A DNA stretch of 64,000 bases from an uncultured Victivallis sp. GTDB lineage: Bacteria > Verrucomicrobiota > Lentisphaeria > Victivallales > GWF2-50-93. The notes under the pieces are model-generated. The model saw only the letters and a list, made by a program, of their open reading frames with translations, was not told the DNA's origin and did not search any database. The first letter of the stretch is position 1, and each line of letters starts with the position of its first letter. Below are positions 8,724-17,070 of this stretch, piece by piece. A program made the translations under genes and the position numbers. The stretch covers positions 10,730 through 74,729 of the forward strand of contig CAZRKP010000019.1 in assembly GCA_964600895.1 (NCBI GenBank), read 5' to 3'.

Positions 8724-9617
8724 TCAGAACTTTTTCTTTTTCCTCCACTCCCTCGGAGAAAGGCCCTTCTTGGATTTGAATTGCCTGTTGAAGCTGGAAA
8801 GCGACGTGTAGCCAACATGACCGGCTATGGCGATGACGGAATCTGACGTGTTCTCGAGAAGGTTTGCGGCCATGCTTATCCTGAGATCATGCAGATATTT
8901 TTCTGGAGATTTCTTAAGGGCCTTGTGGAAGAGGCGTCTCAAGGTTTCAACGCTTACCGCTGTCCGTTTTGCGATTTCAGTCACTTTGATCTGCTCATGG
9001 TAGTGGTTACCGAGGAAGTTCAAAGCCGGAGATATCCTTTCGATCGCATCCTGGCTCAACTTGGTGTTATTCGGGGAAGGGCTGGAACTCCTGTTGCCAC
9101 AGGCCCTGTCGATCTCTATAAGGAAACGGACCATGAGGGTCTTGAATGCAGTCCTGTAATTTTTCTTCCTGCAGTCGAGTTCCCTGAGAAGCAGTTCGAA
9201 GAGGCCGCTTATCTCCGGATATTTCCTCTTTGAGAATACATATGGGAAAGAGCTTCCGCAGAATCTGGCGGTGGAAAGGACTTCTGGATTCCCGCAGGTG
9301 TCGGAAAGGAACACCGGTGGTTCGAAGAAGATGAATGTCCAGTTGCTCCTGGTGCCGGAAGCGCTGCATGCGAAATGTGCAGAAATCTCGTTAAATATGG
9401 TCACATCTCCCTTGGAGTAGGGCAGGATCCTGTCGGCACAGATGAAGATGCCGTTGCCCTCATGGCAATATCCGATCTCAAGGCAGTCATGGACGTGTAT
9501 AGTCTTGATGGGGGCATCGGTCTGATACCTGTTCCTCTCGACATGCACAGGAAAGTCCGAGGGGAATGTTTTCGTCCTCCTGTCGGATATTATCGGTATG
9601 AATGGACGCTTGCGCAT
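8724..9617 (-). CDS. AraC-family transcriptional regulator (cupin sensor + HTH)
   Basis: C-terminal AraC-type double HTH (TEIAKRTAVSVETLRRLF... AIAGHVGYTSLSSFNRQFKSKKGLSPREWR). N-terminal cupin-like segment (HVHDCLEIGYCHEGNGIF). Start set at ATG 9617 with GGGAGG upstream. The track start at 9695 would overlap the upstream gene by 44 nt. Confidence 0.8.
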   Translation of the reverse strand: MRKRPFIPIISDRRTKTFPSDFPVHVERNRYQTDAPIKTIHVHDCLEIGYCHEGNGIFICADRILPYSKGDVTIFNEISAHFACSASGTRSNWTFIFFEPPVFLSDTCGNPEVLSTARFCGSSFPYVFSKRKYPEISGLFELLLRELDCRKKNYRTAFKTLMVRFLIEIDRACGNRSSSPSPNNTKLSQDAIERISPALNFLGNHYHEQIKVTEIAKRTAVSVETLRRLFHKALKKSPEKYLHDLRISMAANLLENTSDSVIAIAGHVGYTSLSSFNRQFKSKKGLSPREWRKKKKF

Positions 9618-9651
9618 AATTTTTGGAGCCTCCCAAAAAATATCAGCTCTA

Positions 9652-11550
9652 TTAAGCGGCCTCGTTGAACTTGTTCTCCGGAATGTAGGAGCCAAGAAGA
9701 GATTTGATGGCTTTGAGATCCTTTGATATTATAAGTCCACGGATCTTGTCAAGGTCAACCGGGAGCTGCGGTACATCTGTCTTCCTGGCGACATAGATCC
9801 GGTCGAACGGGGTCCGCTGCACCTTTTCCTCGTCGGTGAGAAGCTCCTCATATTCCTTTTCCCCTGGACGCAGTCCCGTGATCTTGATCTCGATGTCCTT
9901 GTCGGGGATGAGCCCGGAAAGCTCGATCAGCTTCCTCGCCATGTCATATATCCTGACCTGTTCTCCCATTTCAAGCACCATTATGTCCCTGTCGTGGCCG
10001 ATCGTTCCGGCCTGCAATACAAGATCCACGGCTTCAGGAATGGACATGAAATATCGGACCACGTTCTTGGAGGTGACTGTGACAGGTCCGCCTTCCTTGA
10101 TCTGCTGCTTGAAGAGAGGGATGACACTCCCGCTGCTGTCAAGGACGTTTCCAAAACGGACAACGATGAATTCCGTGGAATTATTTGGACGTTCAAGGCA
10201 CAGTCTTTCAGCGATCCTTTTGCTTGCGCCCATGATGCTGGTGGGGCATATCGCCTTGTCAGTAGAAATGAGAACCATCCTCCTGACATTGTGTTTCTCA
10301 CAGGCTTCGATGACGATTGAGGAACCGATTATATTTGTGTCGAGAGCCATCTGTGGATTTTCCTCCATCAGTGGAACATGCTTGTATGCTGCGGCATGAT
10401 AAACGACTTCAACTTTGTTTGCCGACAGGGCCGAAGAGACGTTTTCAGCAGAGCGTACATCACCAATGATGCTGATGATCTTAAGCTCAGGATGCGAATT
10501 CCGCAGTTTTCTGCTCACGTCATAGAGGTTGAATTCGGAAAGTTCGAATAAGACCAGGCATTCTGGTGCGTAGGATGCGATCTGGCGGCAAAGCTCGGAT
10601 CCGATGCTTCCACCTGCGCCTGTTACCATGATCCTTTTCCCTTTTACAAATTCAGCGACTTCAGTCCTGTCGAGTTTCACCGGCTTCCTGCCGAGAAGAT
10701 CCTCTATTTCGACATTTTTAAGGTGGGAGATGTTTATCTTGCCTGATGCAACGTCGGCATATGTCGGCACCATCCTCAGAGTGCAGTTGGAATCTACCTT
10801 CTCAAGCTGGTCCATTATCTCCCTGATGTAACTTGGTGACGAATATGGCGGGAGCAGTAGTATCTCGGAAATATTCAGTTTTTTTGCAAATTGTCCTGTC
10901 TCCTCGACATCACCCAGCACCGGTACTCCGCGTATCGATACTCCGGGATTCATGTCGTTGCCGATGATGCCGATTATATCTCGATTGCCCCAGCCTGTCG
11001 AGAATGTCTGGATGATGTTGTTCGCAGCCCCTGGTGAACCGAGTATAAGCGTCCTGACGAACTCCTTCTTGGCGCCTCTTGCCGCGGCTTCCCTTATGAT
11101 CCTGCTTAGGACTCTTTTCCCAGATACGGCGAAGAAGCAGAGCATGAAGTCCAGAATCAGCACCGATCTGGAGAATCCCTGGAAATATTGCTCCCTGAAG
11201 AAGACTATGACGACATACAATATCAGGCTAGAGACGATATTGGCCAGAAGAATCTGCATTAGATCATATATGCTCACATATCTCCACATCCCACTGTAGA
11301 CCCCGAAAAAATAGAAGACCAGCAGCTTGACGACCACCACCAGTGGCAGGGCATTGTCGAGATATGCTATTTCCTTCACTGGAAACTGGAATTCAAATCT
11401 GATATAGAAGGCAAGAAGGAATGAAAGCGCTATGGTGAATGCCGAAGTGATGAACACGAAGAAAGTCTTTGCGGGAAAAAGCTTCTGGACCACAAGCTCC
11501 AGTTGGCTGTTCAACCATACTATCAAGCTGAATTTCTTCCTGCCCGTCAT
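9652..11550 (-). CDS. Membrane-bound nucleotide-sugar 4,6-dehydratase (CapD/WbpM/PglF family)
   Basis: Four N-terminal TM helices followed by Rossmann VTGAGGSIGSEL and ISTDKAICPTSIMGASKRIAE. Start set at ATG 11550, which forms an ATGA overlap with the upstream aminotransferase stop. The track start at 11631 would give an 85-nt overlap. Confidence 0.9.
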   Translation of the reverse strand: MTGRKKFSLIVWLNSQLELVVQKLFPAKTFFVFITSAFTIALSFLLAFYIRFEFQFPVKEIAYLDNALPLVVVVKLLVFYFFGVYSGMWRYVSIYDLMQILLANIVSSLILYVVIVFFREQYFQGFSRSVLILDFMLCFFAVSGKRVLSRIIREAAARGAKKEFVRTLILGSPGAANNIIQTFSTGWGNRDIIGIIGNDMNPGVSIRGVPVLGDVEETGQFAKKLNISEILLLPPYSSPSYIREIMDQLEKVDSNCTLRMVPTYADVASGKINISHLKNVEIEDLLGRKPVKLDRTEVAEFVKGKRIMVTGAGGSIGSELCRQIASYAPECLVLFELSEFNLYDVSRKLRNSHPELKIISIIGDVRSAENVSSALSANKVEVVYHAAAYKHVPLMEENPQMALDTNIIGSSIVIEACEKHNVRRMVLISTDKAICPTSIMGASKRIAERLCLERPNNSTEFIVVRFGNVLDSSGSVIPLFKQQIKEGGPVTVTSKNVVRYFMSIPEAVDLVLQAGTIGHDRDIMVLEMGEQVRIYDMARKLIELSGLIPDKDIEIKITGLRPGEKEYEELLTDEEKVQRTPFDRIYVARKTDVPQLPVDLDKIRGLIISKDLKAIKSLLGSYIPENKFNEAA

Positions 11551-12755
11551 TGGACAATTCCCTTTAGAGTGCATATGATCTTCTTGAAGCTCTTTTCCGT
11601 GAGCCCTGGATAAATAGGCATTGAAAGACACTGGTCGGCCAGTTTCTCGGCGACTGGAAAATCCCCCTTCCTGAAACCATACTTCTCCCTGTAATAGGGA
11701 TGGAGATGCAGAGGAGTATAATGTACACTGCAGCCGATGCCCGCATCTTTCATCCGCTCATAGACCTCGTTCCTGTGGACTCCAGTTATGGAACTGTCTA
11801 TCCTTATTACATACAGGTGCCATGAATGCCGGGTACCGGGTTTTTCCTTTGGGGTGATTATGCCTGGAAGCTGTTTGAGAGCCTTGCCGTATGCATCCGC
11901 CTGCTTTTTCCTTTCAGCTAAGAACCTGCTGGCCTTTTTCAACTGGTGTATCCCGAGAGAAGCGGCTATGTCGGTCATGTTGTATTTGAATCCAGGTGCT
12001 ATGATCTCATAATACCAAGTGCCAGATTTTGTGAATCTCTTCCAAGCATCCTTGCTTATTCCATGGAGCGACATGATCCGCATCCTGTCGGCCCATGCCT
12101 GGTTGGCGGTGGTCGCCATTCCTCCTTCTCCAGTTGTGATGGTCTTGTTCGCATAGAAGGAATAGCACGCTATGTCGGCTTCTTTTCCGGCAAATTGCCA
12201 TCTGCCTCTTTCATCCTTGTAAAAGGCAGGCCCTACATGAGCAGCATCGTCAATAAGGAATAGATCATGTTTTTTACAGATCTTCCTGCATCTGTTTACA
12301 TCATATGGCTGTCCACCATAATGAACGGGAATTATTGCTTTCACTCCATTATGCTTTTTCGGAACTCCAGGGACTTTTTTCCCTGACTTGATCTTCAGTA
12401 TCGTCTCCTCCACATGGTCCAGATCGATGCAGAAATCATCTTCATTTACATCGACAAGAACAGGGATCGCATTGAAGTACCTGACAACTTCGGCAGTAGC
12501 TGCAAAAGTCATTGTCGGGACGATCACAAGATCGTCCTCCTTGATGCCTACGGCTTCGAGCGCAAGATGCAGGGCTGCGGTACAGGAGTTCACTGCAACT
12601 GCAAACCTCGCATCTGCGAACTTTGCAAAATTGGACTCGAACTGCTTTGTCCGTGTCGCGGTCGTGAGCCATCCGGATTTCAGGCAGGAGATTACCTCCC
12701 TGATTTCCTCCGGGCCTATCGAAGGGCGGTGATAATATATGAAATCATTGTTCAT
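11547..12755 (-). CDS. DegT/DnrJ/EryC1-type PLP sugar aminotransferase (PglE/WcfR-like)
   Basis: 402 aa. PLP-lysine motif SFYANKTITTGEGG. N-terminal region typical of the family (NSCTAALHLALEAVG). Confidence 0.9.
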   Translation of the reverse strand: MNNDFIYYHRPSIGPEEIREVISCLKSGWLTTATRTKQFESNFAKFADARFAVAVNSCTAALHLALEAVGIKEDDLVIVPTMTFAATAEVVRYFNAIPVLVDVNEDDFCIDLDHVEETILKIKSGKKVPGVPKKHNGVKAIIPVHYGGQPYDVNRCRKICKKHDLFLIDDAAHVGPAFYKDERGRWQFAGKEADIACYSFYANKTITTGEGGMATTANQAWADRMRIMSLHGISKDAWKRFTKSGTWYYEIIAPGFKYNMTDIAASLGIHQLKKASRFLAERKKQADAYGKALKQLPGIITPKEKPGTRHSWHLYVIRIDSSITGVHRNEVYERMKDAGIGCSVHYTPLHLHPYYREKYGFRKGDFPVAEKLADQCLSMPIYPGLTEKSFKKIICTLKGIVQ

Positions 12756-12762
12756 GGCAGTT

Positions 12763-13368
12763 TTATCCCTTCAAAACCACAAATATAGTTCCTATCAGGA
12801 TTTTTACATCATTCAGTAAGCTAATGTTCTTAACATAATCCTCATAGATCTCAAGTTTTCTCGGAAGGATCACCTTCCTGTATTCCTCCTCGGGATCCTT
12901 TGATGATGCGAGAAGTTCCTCTTCGTTCCTGAATCTGATCGAGGCAGGATCAGTAATTCCCGGAGTGGTCTGCAGGATTCCATTCCACCGCTCCTGATAA
13001 AGCTTTATGTATTGTTCGACTTCAGGCCTTGGTCCGACAAGGGACATCTCACCCTTCACTACATTTATCAGCTGGGGAAGCTCATCGACCTTGGTTTTTC
13101 GCAATATTCGGCCAATCCGAGTTATCCGCATACCCGAACCTGGCTCAAAGTCCTTGCCGTCTGTATTATCCTTGACAGTCATGGACCGAAACTTGAATAT
13201 GTCGAAGTACTTTCCATCCCTACCTCCGCGTTTCTGACGGAAGAAGACAGGTCCGGGTGAACCAAGTTTTATGCAGACTGCGACAAAGAGAAGTAATGGA
13301 GAGATGACAATGAGCGTGGATAACGCAAGAACAAGATCCAAAAATCTTTTTACAGAGGTCCTATACAT
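12763..13368 (-). CDS. Small monotopic phosphoglycosyl transferase (bacterial sugar transferase, PglC/WcfS-like), initiating enzyme
   Basis: 201 aa. KRFLDLVLAL...GPVFFRQKRGGRDGKYFDIFKFRSM, KVDELPQL, LVGPRP: the signature blocks of the Bac_transf family. Confidence 0.9.
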   Translation of the reverse strand: MYRTSVKRFLDLVLALSTLIVISPLLLFVAVCIKLGSPGPVFFRQKRGGRDGKYFDIFKFRSMTVKDNTDGKDFEPGSGMRITRIGRILRKTKVDELPQLINVVKGEMSLVGPRPEVEQYIKLYQERWNGILQTTPGITDPASIRFRNEEELLASSKDPEEEYRKVILPRKLEIYEDYVKNISLLNDVKILIGTIFVVLKG

Positions 13369-14449
13369 TTTTCCTGAACTTAAGGAGGAGGTTTATTATT
13401 TTTGAAGACGCATTTCCATCCCCATATGGGCGTGATGAGGTCTTTGAAGGCCTTTTTCTTGTGAAATTCGCAAAAGCCCTCGTGATCTTTGAAGAATTAG
13501 CCCCGGTAACGATGTTCCATCCCAGTTTGACCGTTTCAATCCATTCTGTTTCATCTCGCATGGTTATGCATGGAACTTTGTAGAAGAAAGCCTCCTTCTG
13601 CACGCCGCCGGAGTCCGTGATGATCACGGAGGCGTTCCTTTCAAGAAGCAGCATCTCAAGGTAACCGACTGGTTTGATGATTCTGATCTTTGGGGAAATC
13701 CTGAGCCTGTATTTTTCCATGAACTTGACTGTCCTGGGATGTGCAGGATAAACTACAGCCGTCTTAAGAGAGATGCTGTTTATGGCGTCGATAATCTCTT
13801 TGAGACGTTTTTTGTCGTCGGTGTTTTCGGCCCTGTGGCAGGTCAAAAGGACATAATTCCCCTTTTCAAGAGACATTTTCCGCAATGGATCACATCTTCG
13901 AGTTGCTATTTTGGTAAAAAGAAGAGAGCAATCATACATCACATCACCGACCAGTGATGCTGTTTTAGCAAGATTTTCATCCTTGAGATTTTTCATGGCT
14001 GTAGAGGTGGAACAGAAATTGATGTCAGAAAGATGGTCGGCGACAATCCTGTTTATCTCTTCAGGCATTTTTTTGTTGAAGGAGCGCATCCCAGCCTCAA
14101 TATGGGCGAGGGGAATGTGCAACTTGGAAGCTGCCAGGGCGCCAGCCAGGGTTGAATTGGTGTCGCCATATATGAGCACCATGTCCGGTTTTTCCCTTAG
14201 GAGGACTTTTTCCAGGGCCTCAAGCATCCTTCCGGTCTGCCTGCCATGTGTATCGGAACCTATTCGGAGATTGTATTTTTCACGCGGAACCCGGAGCTCC
14301 TTGAAAAATATTTCCGACATGTCATGGTCGTAATGCTGTCCGGTATGGATTATGACTTCGCGTATGGAACTGTGTCTTGCAAATTCCGCAGACACAGCCG
14401 CTGCCTTTATGAACTGTGGCCTTGCTCCGATTACGGTGCAGATTTTCAT
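13361..14449 (-). CDS. wecB: UDP-N-acetylglucosamine(-uronate) 2-epimerase, non-hydrolysing type (WecB/WbpI-like)
   Basis: GARPQFIK, HTGQHYD, HIEAGMRSFNKKMPEEINR, TDSGGVQKEA. Start set at the second ATG (14449, MKICTV) because GGAGA lies 5 nt upstream. The track start is 14461. Confidence 0.85.
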   Translation of the reverse strand: MKICTVIGARPQFIKAAAVSAEFARHSSIREVIIHTGQHYDHDMSEIFFKELRVPREKYNLRIGSDTHGRQTGRMLEALEKVLLREKPDMVLIYGDTNSTLAGALAASKLHIPLAHIEAGMRSFNKKMPEEINRIVADHLSDINFCSTSTAMKNLKDENLAKTASLVGDVMYDCSLLFTKIATRRCDPLRKMSLEKGNYVLLTCHRAENTDDKKRLKEIIDAINSISLKTAVVYPAHPRTVKFMEKYRLRISPKIRIIKPVGYLEMLLLERNASVIITDSGGVQKEAFFYKVPCITMRDETEWIETVKLGWNIVTGANSSKITRAFANFTRKRPSKTSSRPYGDGNASSKIINLLLKFRKNV

Positions 14450-14504
14450 CGCTTTCTCCATTTACTCATGAAAATTCACTTTAAATATAGACGGGATATT
14501 GGTG

Positions 14505-14533
14505 TTGACAAGAAGAATTCCTTTCGATTAATA
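14505..14533 (+). promoter_or_regulatory. Candidate sigma70-type promoter for the MIF-like gene
   Basis: Consensus TTGACA at 14505-14510, a 17-nt spacer, then TTAATA at 14528-14533. It lies about 95 nt upstream of ATG 14628 in the divergent gap. Pattern match only. Confidence 0.25.
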
Positions 14534-14627
14534 AGGATGGTAAAGCTTGAAAACATGACGAATTATAATATCTATAAAGCGAACCTGAGAGATCTTAAAA
14601 TTTTCATTGTCAATCCAGGAGGTAAAT

Positions 14628-14972
14628 ATGCCGCTAATTAAGATTCTAACTTCGGTGAAGATACAGGATAAGCAAGCGCTTGCGCTCGAGCTTTCAAAGG
14701 TTTGTGCCCAGTGCACGAAAAAACCGGAGGGATATGTGCAGTCTGTCGTAGAGGATGACGCTGTCATTGCGATGGGTGGGAAGATAGCGGATTCGGCATT
14801 CGTGGAAGTCAAGGGGATAGGTGGGCTGAATCCTGTGGTGAACAAATCGCTCAGCGTTGCGATATGCAAGGCTCTCGAGGAGAAACTGAAGATTAATCCT
14901 TCTGCAGTTTACATCAACTTTACAGACATCGCGGGCTCCAACTGGGGGCACAACGGCTCTACATTTGGATAA
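14628..14972 (+). CDS. MIF / D-dopachrome tautomerase family protein (tautomerase superfamily, Pro-1)
   Basis: 114 aa from ATG 14628 (GGAGG upstream) starting MPLIKILT. It appears colinear, as I recall the sequence, with mammalian MIF (115 aa). Compare ..GKPPQYIAVHV.. with KKPEGYVQSVV, ..SIGKIGG.. with VKGIGG, and ..[26 protein letters not shown] with INPSAVYINFTDIAGSNWGHNGSTFG at the C-terminus. It is the only plus-strand gene in about 55 kb. Confidence 0.8.
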   Translation: MPLIKILTSVKIQDKQALALELSKVCAQCTKKPEGYVQSVVEDDAVIAMGGKIADSAFVEVKGIGGLNPVVNKSLSVAICKALEEKLKINPSAVYINFTDIAGSNWGHNGSTFG

Positions 14973-14984
14973 TAATTGCGATGG

Positions 14985-15617
14985 CTATTGCTTTATAACT
15001 GCGATGATGTGCGTGCGCAGGAAAGGCAGAAGAGATTCAAGCATGTCGGCGGCAAGATTTGAACGTGGGGCTATTGCTCTTGCCAGCGGTGGGGCTAGAG
15101 TGATTCTGGTAAATTTACATTTCCATGGATAGAAAAGATCTTTCACTTCATTTTTCCCTATTCCTCTCACGTCGGGATTTTTCGGACTGTCGAAAGTAAA
15201 GTCATACCAGAGGATAAATCCATCTTTTTTGCAAACGCGCTTCATCTCGGATGCAATCTTCTTTCTGGTGTTGGCATCCTTGACGGAAGTGAAGACGGTG
15301 GACTGGAAGACTACATCGAAAGTTCCATCACCCCATTGTAGATTATCAGCATTTCCCTCACGAATGTCTGCACCGACTATCCTGTCCTTAGCGGATCTTG
15401 CACGTTTAGGATCAAGTTCGATGCCGGCCAGGTTGCATGGCATGAATCCGAAGGTCTGAAATTCCGCGAGCCATTGCCCATTGCCGCAGCCGATCTCGAG
15501 GAACCTTGTATTTTCGACACCATTTGGATAGGCTGAAGCAAATATTTTACGAAATTCGCGCTGGCGCCTTTGTATCATGGAGAAAGCCGCAGGATGAAGT
15601 GGGGAATATATGTTCAC
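14985..15617 (-). CDS. Class I SAM-dependent methyltransferase
   Basis: 210 aa with the SAM-binding motif FLEIGCGNGQW. The GTG start overlaps the upstream GT stop (GTGA). An ATG at codon 14 is an alternative start. Confidence 0.75.
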   Translation of the reverse strand: MNIYSPLHPAAFSMIQRRQREFRKIFASAYPNGVENTRFLEIGCGNGQWLAEFQTFGFMPCNLAGIELDPKRARSAKDRIVGADIREGNADNLQWGDGTFDVVFQSTVFTSVKDANTRKKIASEMKRVCKKDGFILWYDFTFDSPKNPDVRGIGKNEVKDLFYPWKCKFTRITLAPPLARAIAPRSNLAADMLESLLPFLRTHIIAVIKQ

Positions 15618-16831
15618 TTGATCTTCTCCAGCTCATTCATGAACTCGTCTGCTAGTTTCGCACGATCGAATGACGCAGATACGAATTCCCTTCCTTTTAC
15701 ACCCATTTCCTTGCGTGAATCCGGGCTCATTTTTGCCAGCTCCCTTATCATCTCGACGAGTTTTTCTGGATTTTCAGGAGGAACAACCTTTGCGCATCCG
15801 CTCTTCATTGCCAGATCTGCACCTTCCCCTTTTCCACAGAATATAAAGGGGATCTGTCCCCCCATGAGTTCGAACATCTTAGAAGGACGCGCTCCGTCAA
15901 AAAGAGGAATGTTCCTCAGCGGTACCAAGGCGACATCCCACAACGCTTGAATCTGAGACATCTTCTTTCTCGGTTGGGAGGGGAACAGTCTTATGTTTTT
16001 TAGTCCCGTTTCGGAGATCTTCTTTTCAAGGGATGGTTTTTCAGGTCCGTCGCCGAAAAGAGCAAAGAAGATCTTTTCATTCTGGAGCACCATCGCAGTT
16101 TCAAAGATCTGTTCAAGAGCCTGCGATCTGCCATGGTTTCCCCCATATCCGACAATGAAACAGTCTTCAGGAATACCAAGTTCCTTTTTGAGCACAGGAT
16201 CTGGTCTTTCAGGAACAAACATCTCAAGATCAACCCCATTCGGAAACAGGAATGTCTTTGCCTCAGGAAGTCTTTTCTTTACACCGTCTACAATTCCCTC
16301 TGTCTGGCAGGATACTAGAACTGATTCTCTATAGAGCAGCTTTTCAAACCATTCAAGGAAACTGAGAGAGGGACCTGGACCTATCATTCCGAGTTGAACG
16401 GCACTCTCTGGCCACAAGTCACTTATGTTCATAACAAGCTTTGTCCCCTTGATGTATTTGAGGAACAGTGCAGTGAATCCCAAGAACAGAGGGGGGCTTT
16501 CACATATGAGGAAATCAGTCCTATCCAGCTTAAGAAGACCGATAAGCCCCGAGGTCTTAACAAATGAAAAATAGCAGATCAGCTGTTTGAACGTGCTCTT
16601 CTTGCCGGGTAATATCCAGCTACGTATGACTTTGACTCCGTCAATTACCTCAGAAAGTGAAAACTTGCCTCTGTATTCCGGGAAAACTTTTCCTGCAGGA
16701 TAGTTCGGCATTGCAGTAAGCACTGTGACCTCATGTCCTTTCGTCACCCAGCGCCTTGCCAGATCATGGAGCCTATTCTGAGGAGCCCCATGCTCCGGAG
16801 GATAATACTGTGTTAGAATAGTTATCTTCAC
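15614..16831 (-). CDS. GT4-family glycosyltransferase (WbuB-like)
   Basis: 405 aa. The N-terminus MKITILTQYYPPEHGAPQNRLHDLARRW is typical of WbuB-type GT4 enzymes. C-terminal GT-B nucleotide-sugar binding half. Confidence 0.85.
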   Translation of the reverse strand: MKITILTQYYPPEHGAPQNRLHDLARRWVTKGHEVTVLTAMPNYPAGKVFPEYRGKFSLSEVIDGVKVIRSWILPGKKSTFKQLICYFSFVKTSGLIGLLKLDRTDFLICESPPLFLGFTALFLKYIKGTKLVMNISDLWPESAVQLGMIGPGPSLSFLEWFEKLLYRESVLVSCQTEGIVDGVKKRLPEAKTFLFPNGVDLEMFVPERPDPVLKKELGIPEDCFIVGYGGNHGRSQALEQIFETAMVLQNEKIFFALFGDGPEKPSLEKKISETGLKNIRLFPSQPRKKMSQIQALWDVALVPLRNIPLFDGARPSKMFELMGGQIPFIFCGKGEGADLAMKSGCAKVVPPENPEKLVEMIRELAKMSPDSRKEMGVKGREFVSASFDRAKLADEFMNELEKIK

Positions 16832-17070
16832 AATGTCTTATATATGTTCATTACAGTCATAAACAAACATTAATATAAAATTTAAGATGGAATCCTCCAC
16901 CTGGACTATTATTTCAACAATAATTTATAAAAAACATATTTCCATGTAATATTTTACTAAACTTCGAAATCAAGCCGAGTATATGAAGTTATTATATGCA
17001 TTATAAGAAGTTGTATAATTGAAATCATATTTTATTTAATTATAATTGAGGATATTAAGCAATGCAAAAA

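Noticed and set aside
9620-9640. Near-palindrome TTTTTGGAGCCTCCCAAAAAA between the CapD-type gene and the AraC regulator gene
   Set aside because: The central loop is too small for an RNA hairpin terminator. The element contains the regulator's own GGGAGG RBS, which explains part of the symmetry. No second copy was seen elsewhere in the window.
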